A stretch of DNA of 64,000 nt from Dehalococcoidia bacterium (GTDB lineage Bacteria > Chloroflexota > Dehalococcoidia > Bin125): positions 897,872 through 961,871 of the forward strand of contig CBDBQC010000003.1 of the NCBI GenBank assembly GCA_965209205.1. Reading direction: 5' to 3'. The notes under the pieces are model-generated. The model saw only the letters and a list, made by a program, of their open reading frames with translations, did not search any database and was not told the DNA's origin. The translations under genes were made by a program, and so were the position numbers. Below are positions 7,938-18,571 of the stretch, in pieces (the first letter of the stretch is position 1; each line of letters begins with the position of its first letter).

Positions 7938-9260
7938 TTACGACGGGTCGGCCAGGACCATGCCCGCCGCGACGGTGTTCGACGTCGCCTCGTCGATCAG
8001 GATGAAGCTGCCGGTGGCGCGGTTGCGCGCGTAGGCGTCGGGGAAGAGCGGCGTCGTGCAGCGCAGGCGCGCGCGCCCGATGTCGTTCAGCGCCAGCGCC
8101 TCGACGGCCGGCTCGGGCTGGAGCGAGTTCACATCCAGCCGATGCACGATCGACTCCACGACCACGCGCGCCGTCCGCGTCGTGTGCTTGATGCCCAGGC
8201 GCCGGCCCGGCGCGAGCGTCCCCGCCTCCGACATCCAGCAGATCATCGCGTCGAACGTCTGCCGGGCGGCGGGCCGCGTGGCGCTGTGGCAGATCAGGTC
8301 GCCGCGCGAGACGTCGAGGGCGTCGGACAGGGTCACCGTCACCGACAGCGGCGGCCGCGCCGACTCGACGGCGACGCCGCCCACCGCGATGTCCTGGATC
8401 GTGGTCTCCCGCCCCGAGGGCAGCACCGTCACCGGGTCGCCCGGGCGCAGGATGCCCCCGGCCACGACGCCCGCGTAGCCGCGGTAGTCGGAGCCCACGG
8501 GCCGGATGACGTACTGCACCGGCAGGCGGCCGTCGTCGAGGTTGTGATCCCAGGCCACCTCCACCGATTCCAGGTAGTCGAGCAGCGCGGGGCCGTCGTA
8601 CCAGGGCATCGCCGCGGACCGATCGACGACGTTGTCGCCGCGCAGCGCCGAGATCGGGATCGCCCCCAGGTCGATCGTGCGCCCGTGCGTCGCGCGCAGC
8701 TTCGTGGCGAACGCCGCGAAGTCGGCCCGGATGCGGTCGAAGACGGCCTGCTCGTAGCCGGCCAGGTCCATCTTGTTCACGCACAGCACCAGGTGCGGGA
8801 TGCCCAGCAGCGTCGCCAGCGAGGCGTGGCGCCGGGTCTGCTCGACCAGCCCGTGGCGCGCGTCGACCAGGATCAGCGCCAGGTCGGCCGTCGATGCGCC
8901 GGTCACCATGTTGCGCGTGTACTGCACGTGGCCGGGGGTGTCGGCGAGGATGAACTTGCGGCGCGGCGTCTGGAAGTAGCGGTAGGCCACGTCGATCGTG
9001 ATGCCCTGTTCGCGCTCGGCGCGCAGGCCGTCGGTGAGCAGCGCCAGATCGACGTAGGCGTCGCCGCGCGCCTTGCTGGTCCGCTCGATCGCCTGCAGCT
9101 GGTCGTCGAAGGTCTGCTTGGCGTCGTACAGCAGCCGCCCGATCAGCGTGCTCTTGCCGTCGTCGACCGATCCCGCCGTCGAGAAGCGCAGCAGGTCCGA
9201 CGCGCCGTAGCGGCCCGCCGCGGCGTCGGCCGCCGTCGCGCCCGTCATCTTGGGCGTCAT
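7938..9260 (-). CDS. cysN: sulfate adenylyltransferase subunit 1 (GTPase) CysN
   Basis: GSVDDGKSTLIGRLL, DTPGH and NKMD GTPase motifs, with CysN-specific C-terminal domain similarity. Confidence 0.85.
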   Translation of the reverse strand: MTPKMTGATAADAAAGRYGASDLLRFSTAGSVDDGKSTLIGRLLYDAKQTFDDQLQAIERTSKARGDAYVDLALLTDGLRAEREQGITIDVAYRYFQTPRRKFILADTPGHVQYTRNMVTGASTADLALILVDARHGLVEQTRRHASLATLLGIPHLVLCVNKMDLAGYEQAVFDRIRADFAAFATKLRATHGRTIDLGAIPISALRGDNVVDRSAAMPWYDGPALLDYLESVEVAWDHNLDDGRLPVQYVIRPVGSDYRGYAGVVAGGILRPGDPVTVLPSGRETTIQDIAVGGVAVESARPPLSVTVTLSDALDVSRGDLICHSATRPAARQTFDAMICWMSEAGTLAPGRRLGIKHTTRTARVVVESIVHRLDVNSLQPEPAVEALALNDIGRARLRCTTPLFPDAYARNRATGSFILIDEATSNTVAAGMVLADPS

Positions 9261-9281
9261 CCTGGGCCCAGGGCCGGGCGG

Positions 9282-10217
9282 CTAGAAGTAGCCCTCACGC
9301 TTGCGGTCCTCCATGCCCGTCTCCGAGATGCGATCGTCGGCGCGCGTCTCGCCGCGCTCCGTGATGCGCGTCGCCGCGATCTCGCCCACGACCGCCGTCA
9401 GCGTCGTGGCGTCCGACTGCACGGCCGCCGTGCAGGTCATGTCGCCGACCGTGCGGTAGCGCACCCGCGCCCGGAACGGCGCCTCGTTCGGCAGCAGCGT
9501 GACGTGCGGCCCCACCGCGTACAGCATCCCGTCGCGGCGGAAGACCTCGCGCTCGTGCGCGAAGTAGAGCGGCGGCAGCGCCAGCCCCTCCGCGTCGATG
9601 TACTCCCAGATGTCGAGCTCGGTCCAGTTGGACAGCGGGAAGACGCGCATGTGCTCGCCCAGGCGGTGCCGGGCGTTGTACAGCGTCCAGACTTCGGGCC
9701 GCTGATTCTTGGGATCCCACTGGCCGAAGTCGTCGCGCAGCGAGAAGACGCGCTCCTTCGCCCGCGCCTTCTCCTCGTCGCGGCGCGCGCCGCCGAACAC
9801 CGCGTCGAAGCGATGCTCCTGGATCGCGTCCAGCAGGGTCACGGTCTGCAGCCGGTTGCGCGACGCCCGCGGCCCGGTCTCCTCGACCACGCGCCCCGCG
9901 TCGATGCTCGCCTGCACCGACGCCACCACCAGCGCCACGCCCAGCTCCGCCACGCGCCGATCGCGGAAGCGCAGCACCTCGGGGAAGTTGTGGCCGGTGT
10001 CGACGTGCATCGCGGGGAAGGGGATGCGTCCCGGCGCGAAGGCCTTGGCCGCGACCGCCAGCATGACGATGGAATCCTTGCCGCCCGAGAACAGCAGCAC
10101 CGGTCGCTCGAACTCGGCCGCGACCTCGCGCATGATGTGGATCGCTTCGGCCTCCAACTGGCGCAGGTGGGGGATGCGATCGGCGGCGGGGGCCTGGGGT
10201 GGTGCGGCGGTCACCAT
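9282..10217 (-). CDS. cysD: sulfate adenylyltransferase subunit 2 CysD
   Basis: PAPS-reductase-like fold LLFSGGKDS...; overall CysD similarity; directly upstream of cysN. Confidence 0.85.
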   Translation of the reverse strand: MVTAAPPQAPAADRIPHLRQLEAEAIHIMREVAAEFERPVLLFSGGKDSIVMLAVAAKAFAPGRIPFPAMHVDTGHNFPEVLRFRDRRVAELGVALVVASVQASIDAGRVVEETGPRASRNRLQTVTLLDAIQEHRFDAVFGGARRDEEKARAKERVFSLRDDFGQWDPKNQRPEVWTLYNARHRLGEHMRVFPLSNWTELDIWEYIDAEGLALPPLYFAHEREVFRRDGMLYAVGPHVTLLPNEAPFRARVRYRTVGDMTCTAAVQSDATTLTAVVGEIAATRITERGETRADDRISETGMEDRKREGYF

Positions 10218-10416
10218 GGCGTGACACTTTCGGACGGCCCGGCGGTCGCGGGAGGCGGGATCCCGCGCGTCGTCGTGGCCGTGCTTGAAACAATACTAAG
10301 ATAACCGGAATTATCAAGATTGCCGAGCGCGCGATGTAACACTGGGCGATCGCGCCGGAAGACCGCGCGGGTGGCCGCGCCCGTCCGATAGCGACCGCTC
10401 CCCCTAGACTCGCCAC

Positions 10417-13101
10417 ATGCCGCAGGACGAATTCGACCTCGCCGCCCTGGAAGAGGGCCAGGTGTCGGGGGCGCCGCCGCCCCCGCCTGCTCCCGCTCCC
10501 GCCCCCCCGGCCGCGTCCCCCCCACCGCCCCCTGCGATGCCCCCGCCGCCCCCAGCGGCGCCGCCCCCAGCGGCCCCGGCCGCGCCGTCCCCGCCCCCGC
10601 TCGATGCCCCCCTTCCGGCAGACCGCTCGCGGGGGCTGAGCGCGGCGGAGGTCGCCGACCGCATCGACCGTGGCCTCGTCAATCGCGACGACAGCAAGCA
10701 GCGCCGCGATCGCGACATCATCCGGGAGAACGCGCTCACCTACTTCAACCTCGTCCTCTTCTCCCTGATCCTCATCCTCTTCATCCTCGCCATCGTCGAT
10801 CAGGACCCGGGCCACGCGCAGGACGCCTTCTTCGTCGGCATCATCGTCGCGGCGAACATCACCATCGGGACCTGGCAGGAGATCCGCGCCACGCGCACGC
10901 TGCGCGCATTGCAGGCGCTCGCCGCCCCCCGCGCGACGGTCGTGCGCGACGGTGGCGAGTCGCAGATCCTGGCCACCGAAGTCGTCCAGGGCGACCTCGT
11001 CCTGATCGGCCCCGGCGACCAGGTGGTGGCCGACGGCCGCGTCGTGGTCGACGGGGCCGAAATCGACGAATCCCTGCTCACCGGGGAGTCGCAGTCGGTG
11101 CGCAGGGTTCCGGGCGAGCCCGTGCTCTCGGGCAGCTTCTGCACGGCCGGCCGCCTGGGCTACGTCGCGGAGCGCGTGGGCTCCGAGGCCTATGCGCACC
11201 AGCTCACCGCCGACGCCCGCCAACTCGTCCGCCGCGCCACGCCGCTGCAGATCCGCTTCCGCCGCATCGTGCGCATCCTGCTCATCGCGACGGCGGGGCT
11301 GGGGGCGCTGCTGCTCGTCTCGGCCGCCGTCGCCAATGACGACCTGGCCGACGCGATCAAGAACACGACCGCCACGATCTCCTCCGTCGTGCCAGAGGGG
11401 TTGCTGCTGGGGATGACGGTCGCCTTCGCCGTCGGCGCGGTGCGCCTCTCGCGCCGCGGCGCGATCGTCCAGGACATCAACGCCGTCGAGGCGATGAACT
11501 ACCTCGACGTGGTCTGCCTCGACAAGACGGGCACCATCACGGCCAACGAACTCAGCCTGCGGGAGACGCACTGGCTGGACGCCGGCGATGCCGGCGATGC
11601 CGGAACCAGGGCCGCCCGCATCGCGGCCGACCGCGGCTGGCTGGGCGCGTTCGCCGCCGCCGGAGCGCAGGAGAGCGGCACCGGCGCCGCCCTCGCCGCG
11701 GGGCTCGCGGCGGAGTCGAACGGCGCACAGCCGGTCGCGCGCGTGCCCTTCAACTCGGAGCGGCGCTGGAGCGCGCTCACGCTGGAGCGGCGCGGCGTGC
11801 GGCGGCACTTCGTCCTGGGCGCGCCCGAGACCGTGCTCCCATACGCCGACGACGACGCCCGCCTGTGGGAGCGCTACGCGGATGCGGCGCGGATTGGGCT
11901 GCGCGGGCTGATCTTCGCGGAGGCCGCGGCGCTGCCGGATCCCGAGGCCGGCCTGCGCGACGTGCGGGCCCTGGCCCTGGTCACGGTTGCGGATGTGCTG
12001 CGCGACGAGGTCGCGGGCGCCTTCCAGCTGATGGACGAGATCGGCATCGAGCCGAAGATCATCAGCGGCGACAACCCCGAGACCGTCGACGCGCTCGTGC
12101 GGCAGCTCGGCATCGACCTGCCGGGCGGCCACATCTCGGGCGCGGAACTCGCCGCCCTGGACGAGGCCGAGTTCCACGACGCCGTCGAGCAGCACAGCGT
12201 GTTCGGCCGCATCGCGCCCGAGCAGAAGGCGCGCATCGTCACGGCGCTGCGCGACAACAAGCACTTCGTCGCGATGGTCGGCGACGGCGCAAACGACGTG
12301 CGCGCGCTGCGCGCCGCCGACGTCGCCGTCGCGATGGAGTCGGGCACGCAGACGGCACGAGCCGTGGCCGGCATCGTCCTGCTCAAGGACTCGTTCTCGG
12401 CCTTCGTGCAGGGCACGGCCGAGGCGCAGTCGGTGCTGGGCAACAGCGCGCAGCTGAGCAAGCTCTTCATCACCAAGAGCTTCTACGCCTTCCTGATCAT
12501 CATCGCCTCCGACATGCTCCAGCTCGACTTCCCCTTCCTGCCCCGGCACGGGTCGCTCACGTCGCTGTTCACGCTGGGGCTGCCCACGATCTTCATCGCC
12601 CTGACCACGCCGCCGCCGCGCGCCGGCTCCGACTGGACGAACGCCGTGCTGCGCTTCGCGCTGCCCGCCGCCTTCGCGCTCGCCGCCGCCAGCGTCGCCG
12701 TGCACCTGCTCACCGAGGGCTTCCTCAACCGCCCCATCGAGGACTCGCGCACGCTGGTCTCGCTGACGATCGGCATCGTCGGCATCTACTTCATGGTGCT
12801 GGTCATCGGCTTCGACGGGATCACGCGCGACATGCGCGGCCGCGACCTCGTGCGGCCCGTGATGACCTCGTTCTTCGGGGTCGCGCTCGTCGGCCTCTTC
12901 GTCCTGACCCTCTACACCGCGCCGATCCGGGAGTTCTTCGACTTCGTCACCGTCGGCGCCACCGAATGGGGCATCGTCATCCCGGCCGTGATCATGGGCA
13001 TCATCGGCCAGTACGTGCTGAGCCGGAACTGGCGGCAGATCCTGGCCTGGATCATCAAGCAGCCGGAGGCCGAGGAGTTGGAGCGCGGCCGCGCCGTCTG
13101 A
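10417..13101 (+). CDS. cation-translocating P-type ATPase with a Pro-rich N-terminal extension
   Basis: DKTGTIT phosphorylation motif, a TGDN-like motif (ISGDNPET), GDGANDV and ~10 TM segments. No N-terminal heavy-metal-binding domain. First ~65 aa are almost pure P/A (PPPPPAPAPAPPAASPPPPPAMPPPPPAAPPP...). Confidence 0.8.
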   Translation: MPQDEFDLAALEEGQVSGAPPPPPAPAPAPPAASPPPPPAMPPPPPAAPPPAAPAAPSPPPLDAPLPADRSRGLSAAEVADRIDRGLVNRDDSKQRRDRDIIRENALTYFNLVLFSLILILFILAIVDQDPGHAQDAFFVGIIVAANITIGTWQEIRATRTLRALQALAAPRATVVRDGGESQILATEVVQGDLVLIGPGDQVVADGRVVVDGAEIDESLLTGESQSVRRVPGEPVLSGSFCTAGRLGYVAERVGSEAYAHQLTADARQLVRRATPLQIRFRRIVRILLIATAGLGALLLVSAAVANDDLADAIKNTTATISSVVPEGLLLGMTVAFAVGAVRLSRRGAIVQDINAVEAMNYLDVVCLDKTGTITANELSLRETHWLDAGDAGDAGTRAARIAADRGWLGAFAAAGAQESGTGAALAAGLAAESNGAQPVARVPFNSERRWSALTLERRGVRRHFVLGAPETVLPYADDDARLWERYADAARIGLRGLIFAEAAALPDPEAGLRDVRALALVTVADVLRDEVAGAFQLMDEIGIEPKIISGDNPETVDALVRQLGIDLPGGHISGAELAALDEAEFHDAVEQHSVFGRIAPEQKARIVTALRDNKHFVAMVGDGANDVRALRAADVAVAMESGTQTARAVAGIVLLKDSFSAFVQGTAEAQSVLGNSAQLSKLFITKSFYAFLIIIASDMLQLDFPFLPRHGSLTSLFTLGLPTIFIALTTPPPRAGSDWTNAVLRFALPAAFALAAASVAVHLLTEGFLNRPIEDSRTLVSLTIGIVGIYFMVLVIGFDGITRDMRGRDLVRPVMTSFFGVALVGLFVLTLYTAPIREFFDFVTVGATEWGIVIPAVIMGIIGQYVLSRNWRQILAWIIKQPEAEELERGRAV

Positions 13102-13122
13102 CGGCGCGCGCCGGTCCGGGCC

Positions 13123-14175
13123 CTACTCCGCGTAGAGCGCCGCGACCTCGGGGTCTTTGCGCGCGATCAGTTCCGCCGTTTCCAGCAGCACGCGCGCCTG
13201 CTTGTAGGTCGCGTCGTCCTGCATCTTGCCGTCCACGACGGCCACCCCCGACCCGCCCCCGCCGATCGCCGCGACGACCCGGCGCGCGAAGTCGACCGCC
13301 TCCGGGTCGGGCCGGAAGACGCGCCGCGCGATCGCGATCTGGCGCGGGTGCAGCGTCCACGCCCCCACGCAGCCCAGGATGAAGGCGTCGCGGAACTGAT
13401 CCTCGCAGGCGGCGTCGTCGGAGAAGTCGCCGAAGGGGCCGTAGAACGGGGAGATGCCGTTGCCCGCGCAGGCGTCGACCATGCGCGCCAGCGTGTAGTG
13501 CCAGGGGTCCTGCATGTAGGTGGCGCGGGGGGCGTCGGGCCGCGCGGGGTCGGCGTCGTCGCGCACGACGTAGCCGGGGTGCGGGCCGCCGACGCGCGTC
13601 GTCTTCATGCGCCGCGACGCCGCCAGGTCCGACGGCCCCAGGCTCATGCCCTGCATGCGCGGGCTGGCCGTCGCGATCGCCTCCACGTTGGCCACCCCGG
13701 CCGCCGTCTCCAGGATCGCGTGCAGCAAGATCGGACGGGAGAGCTCCCGCCGCGCCTCCAACTGCGCCAGCAGCTGATCGACGTACTGCACGTCCCAGGG
13801 GCCGTTCACCTTGGGCAGCATGATCACGTCGAGCCGGTCGCCGACGGCGTCGACGAGGTCCAGCATGTCGTCCAGGAACCAGGGGCTGTCGAGGCTGTTG
13901 ACGCGCGTCCAGAGTTGCGTGTCATCGAAGTCGTTGGCCCGCGCGACCGCGATCAGCCCCTCGCGGGCCGCCTCCTTGCTCTCGACCGGGATCGCGTCCT
14001 CGAGGTTGCCCAGCAGGATGTCGACCTCGTGCAGCATGCGCGGGACGCGGTCGCGCATCTTCGCGCTGCTGGGGTCGAAGAAGTGCACCATCCGCGAGGC
14101 GCGCGTGGGGATCTCCGCCGGCGGCGGCGGCGCGCCGACGGCGAGCGGCTGCAGGAAGTCGCGGGGGTTGCGCAT
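13123..14175 (-). CDS. HpcH/HpaI aldolase / citrate-lyase beta (CitE)-like CoA-ester lyase (malyl-CoA lyase-like)
   Basis: 350 aa; [17 protein letters not shown] and other CitE-family elements. Confidence 0.6.
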   Translation of the reverse strand: MRNPRDFLQPLAVGAPPPPAEIPTRASRMVHFFDPSSAKMRDRVPRMLHEVDILLGNLEDAIPVESKEAAREGLIAVARANDFDDTQLWTRVNSLDSPWFLDDMLDLVDAVGDRLDVIMLPKVNGPWDVQYVDQLLAQLEARRELSRPILLHAILETAAGVANVEAIATASPRMQGMSLGPSDLAASRRMKTTRVGGPHPGYVVRDDADPARPDAPRATYMQDPWHYTLARMVDACAGNGISPFYGPFGDFSDDAACEDQFRDAFILGCVGAWTLHPRQIAIARRVFRPDPEAVDFARRVVAAIGGGGSGVAVVDGKMQDDATYKQARVLLETAELIARKDPEVAALYAE

Positions 14176-14238
14176 GGGGACTCCTTCGGGCGCGGGCGCT
14201 GTCCGGTTCGCTCGCGCCCGACGATACCCCAGCCGCCG

Positions 14239-15360
14239 CTAGCCCGCTCCCAGCAGGTCGTCGAGCGGGGTGTACTCGCGGCCCAGCGACGCCGCCACGC
14301 CGGGATGCGTGAGCCAGCCCCGGTAGGTGTTGACGGCCCGGCACAGCGGCCGGTCGGCTCGCACCGCGGCTGCGAAGCCCGCCCCCGCGACCTCCAGGAT
14401 GTAGGGCAGCGTGAGCCCCGTCAGGGCCCGCGACGAGGTGCGCGGCACCGACCCCGGCATGTTGGGCACCGCGTAGTGCACCACCCCCTCCTCGACGTAG
14501 ACGGGGTTGCGGTGGTCGGTGGGGCGCGTGGTCTCGATGCAGCCGCCCTGATCGACCGCCACGTCGACGATCACCGCGCCGTCGTGCATGGAGCGCACCA
14601 TCTCCCGCGTCACCACGACCGGCGCGCGGCGGGCCGGCACCAGCACCGCGCCGATCACGACGTCGGCCTGCGCGACCGCCTGCGCCACGCTCTGCCGGCT
14701 GGCCAGCGTCGTCTCGATGCGGCCCGCGTAGAGTTCCTCCAGGCTGCGCAACTGGCCCTCGTCGATCGAGAGCACCGTCACGCGGGCCCCCGCCCCCACC
14801 GCGGCCCGGCAGGCGTTCTTGCCCACCGTGCCCGAGCCCACGACCACGACGTGCGCCGGCGGCACCCCCGGCAATCCGCCCAGCAGCTGGCCGCTGCCCG
14901 GGCCCGGCTTCTTGAGGAACTGCGCCGCCATCTCCACGGCCATCCGCCCCGCCACCTCCGACATCGGCGCCAGCAGCGGCAGGAAGCCGTCGTCGCGCTC
15001 CACCGTCTCGTAGCCGATGGCCGTGCAGCCCGACGCCAGCAGGGCGTCGGTGACCTCTTCCTCGGCGGCCAGGTGCAGGTAGGTGAAGAGCATCTGGCCT
15101 TCGCGCAGCAGCCCGTACTCCGAGGGCTGCGGCTCCTTGACCTCGCAGAGCAGCTCGGCGCGCTCGAAGACGGCGGCCGGGTCCGGCGCGACCTCCGCGC
15201 CGGCGGCGCGGTATTCGGCGTCGCTGAAGTTCGATCCCGCCCCCGCCCCCGCCTCGACCAGCACCGTGTGTCCCGCGCCCACGATGTCGGCCACGCCCTG
15301 CGGCGTCAGCGCGACGCGGTACTCCTCGGTCTTCGTCTCCGTCACCGTGCCGACGATCAT
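14239..15360 (-). CDS. ald: alanine dehydrogenase
   Basis: [20 protein letters not shown]...; Rossmann motif [13 protein letters not shown]; overall Ald similarity. Confidence 0.85.
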   Translation of the reverse strand: MIVGTVTETKTEEYRVALTPQGVADIVGAGHTVLVEAGAGAGSNFSDAEYRAAGAEVAPDPAAVFERAELLCEVKEPQPSEYGLLREGQMLFTYLHLAAEEEVTDALLASGCTAIGYETVERDDGFLPLLAPMSEVAGRMAVEMAAQFLKKPGPGSGQLLGGLPGVPPAHVVVVGSGTVGKNACRAAVGAGARVTVLSIDEGQLRSLEELYAGRIETTLASRQSVAQAVAQADVVIGAVLVPARRAPVVVTREMVRSMHDGAVIVDVAVDQGGCIETTRPTDHRNPVYVEEGVVHYAVPNMPGSVPRTSSRALTGLTLPYILEVAGAGFAAAVRADRPLCRAVNTYRGWLTHPGVAASLGREYTPLDDLLGAG

Positions 15361-15409
15361 GCCCGGCTCCTCCCGTCCGGCCCGCCCGCCGCGCCCGTCC
15401 CCGCCGGCG

Positions 15410-15826
15410 CTAGGTTCGCGCGACCGGGCTGGCGTGGTGGTGCAGCAACTTCCAGCCGTCCTGCTCTAGGAGAAACGTGTTGCTGACCGCGATCGGATGC
15501 CCGCCCACCAGCTCGCGCCCCACCACCAGTGCCACCTCCCCGACGATCTGCGCCGCCTCCGCCGCCCCCACGATCTTGGCCTGATCGGCGTTGCCCAGGA
15601 TCGATCGCCAACTCTCCAGCACCGCCTCGCGGCCGCGCAGGATGTTCCAGCCCGGATGCACGCAGGTGACCTCGGCGGCGGTCGCCCAGAGCGCCGCCAT
15701 CGCGTTGCTGTCGCGGGCGTTGAAGGCCGCGTAGAAGGCCGCGTTGGCGGCGAGCACGGCCGCCTCGTCATCGTGCGGCACGGGGTCCTGTGGCATGGGG
15801 CGCTGCGGCATGAGGCTGTGGGGCAT
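15410..15826 (-). CDS. SnoaL-like / NTF2-fold (DUF4440-like) protein
   Basis: AANAAFYAAFNARDSNAMAALWA...VTCVHPGWNILRGREAV is an NTF2-like signature; the true start may be internal. Confidence 0.55.
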   Translation of the reverse strand: MPHSLMPQRPMPQDPVPHDDEAAVLAANAAFYAAFNARDSNAMAALWATAAEVTCVHPGWNILRGREAVLESWRSILGNADQAKIVGAAEAAQIVGEVALVVGRELVGGHPIAVSNTFLLEQDGWKLLHHHASPVART

Positions 15827-15841
15827 GCGCGCGGCGGGCCG

Positions 15842-16174
15842 TCAGACCGGCGTGTCCGAGCGCCGCCGCCGCGGTCGCCGCTCGCGGGGCGCCGACGGCC
15901 GCAGCCACTCCTGGATCTCGCCCGAATACGCCCCCACGATCAGCAGCACGATCGACGCCGGCCGGACCCAGCCCGGCGCGCCGATGTCGCCCAGGAACTC
16001 GTAGTAGGGGTCGGTCGCGACCATGCCCACGTCGAAGCGCAGGATCGCCACGACCGTCAGCAGGATCAGGCTCAGGCCCGCGATCGGGTGGGCGCGGTAG
16101 TGCGCCCGCTGCGCCCAGAGCACCACGATGAACACCAGCGGCACCGCGAACGCGATGTACTCCAGCACCGACAC
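15842..16174 (-). CDS. hypothetical small membrane protein
   Basis: 110 aa with three hydrophobic segments and an Arg-rich tail. Confidence 0.4.
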   Translation of the reverse strand: MSVLEYIAFAVPLVFIVVLWAQRAHYRAHPIAGLSLILLTVVAILRFDVGMVATDPYYEFLGDIGAPGWVRPASIVLLIVGAYSGEIQEWLRPSAPRERRPRRRRSDTPV

Positions 16175-16277
16175 GCCCCGCCTCCAACCCTGTGCGCCGC
16201 TCGCGGAGTGGCGGCGTTCACCAGCCTAGCGATCGCCGGGGGAGGCCGGGAAGCCGTCGCGGTGCGACAATGCCCCG

Positions 16278-17726
16278 ATGCAGCGGAGCAGAATGATCGC
16301 ATGGGTCCGGCGGCAGGCGGCGCCCGTTGGGGTGGCGGCCGTTGGGCTGGCGGCCGTGGCGGCGGTCGCGCTGCTGGCGCTGGCCTGCGGCGCCGACGAC
16401 GCCGACCCGGGCCCCACGGCCGTCCGCGAGGCCGCCGTCGAGCAGGCCGCCCCCGAGCAGGCTGCCGGCGAGAGCCAGACCGAGGCCGAGCCGGAGGTCG
16501 AAGCCGCCGGGGAGGCGCCCGCGGAGCCCGCCGCAGAGGATGAGCCCGAGCCCACCGCAGACGACGAGCCGGCGGCCACCGCAGACGACGAGCCGGCCCC
16601 CGACTCCGGCACGTTCCTGCCGCTCGACGCCGCCGTCACGCCCGCCGGCGAGCCGATCCTGCGCGACCTGGGCGCGCCCAGCCACTTCGGCCGCGGCTGG
16701 ACGACCAACTTCGACATCAGCATCGTCGACTACTCGGAGATCCTGTCGGGCGGCGTGCCCCGCGACGGCATCCCCCCGATTCGCAACCCCCGCTTCATCT
16801 CCATCGCCGAGGCCGACGCGCTGTATGCGGACAGCGGCCCGGTCATGGCGGTCAGCCTCAACGGTGACGCCCGCGCCTACCCGCTCGAGATCCTGATCTG
16901 GCACGAGATCGTCGACGACATCGTCGGCGGCCTGCCGGTCGCCGTGACCTACTGCCCGCTCTGCAACACCGCCATCACCTTCGACCGCACGATCGGCGGC
17001 ACGGTCTACGACTTCGGGGTCAGCGGCCTGCTGCGCAACAGCGACCTGATCATGTACGACAGCCAGACCCAATCGCTGTGGCAGCAGATCGGCGGGGTCG
17101 CCATCGTGGGCGACATGGTGGGCGCGCGGCTGACCGTCCTGCCCTCCACCATCGTCGCCTGGGGCGACTTCAAGGCGCAGTACCCGGAGGGCATCGTCCT
17201 CTCCCGCGAGACCGGCTATACGCGGGGCTACGGCCGCAACCCCTACGTCGGCTACGACGACCCCGACAACGTCCCCTTCCTCTTCCGCGGCGATATCGAT
17301 CCCCGCCTCGGCGCAATGGAGCGCGTCGTCACGCTCGACCTCCCGGACGACGCGGTGGCCTACCCCTTCGCGCTGCTCGCCGAACGGCGCGCCGTCGCGG
17401 ACGTCCGCGACGGCCGGCCGATCGTCGTCTTCTGGACGCCGGGGGCGCGCTCGGCCCTGGACCGGCCCGGCTTCGAGGACTCGCGCGAGGTCGGCGCAAC
17501 CGGCGTCTTCGAGCGCACCGTCGACGGACGCCCGCTCGACTTCCGGCCCAACCCCGACGACCCCGCCACCTTCCTCGACGAGCAGACGGCGTCGGTCTGG
17601 AACATCTTCGGCGTCGCCGTCTCGGGGCCCTTGGCGGGGGCGCAGCTGACCCCCGTCGTCCACGGCGACCACTTCTGGTTCGCCTGGGCGGCCTTCCAGC
17701 CGGACACGGTCGTCTTCGACGGCTGA
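16278..17726 (+). CDS. DUF3179 domain lipoprotein
   Basis: Lipobox LALACGADD, an acidic A/E/P/D linker with repeated ADDEPA units, and the DUF3179 hallmark VTYCPLCNTA. Confidence 0.7.
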   Translation: MQRSRMIAWVRRQAAPVGVAAVGLAAVAAVALLALACGADDADPGPTAVREAAVEQAAPEQAAGESQTEAEPEVEAAGEAPAEPAAEDEPEPTADDEPAATADDEPAPDSGTFLPLDAAVTPAGEPILRDLGAPSHFGRGWTTNFDISIVDYSEILSGGVPRDGIPPIRNPRFISIAEADALYADSGPVMAVSLNGDARAYPLEILIWHEIVDDIVGGLPVAVTYCPLCNTAITFDRTIGGTVYDFGVSGLLRNSDLIMYDSQTQSLWQQIGGVAIVGDMVGARLTVLPSTIVAWGDFKAQYPEGIVLSRETGYTRGYGRNPYVGYDDPDNVPFLFRGDIDPRLGAMERVVTLDLPDDAVAYPFALLAERRAVADVRDGRPIVVFWTPGARSALDRPGFEDSREVGATGVFERTVDGRPLDFRPNPDDPATFLDEQTASVWNIFGVAVSGPLAGAQLTPVVHGDHFWFAWAAFQPDTVVFDG

Positions 17727-17733
17727 CGGCGTC

Positions 17734-18552
<819 letters not shown>

Positions 18553-18571
18553 GCCGCCAACAGATGTGGCG

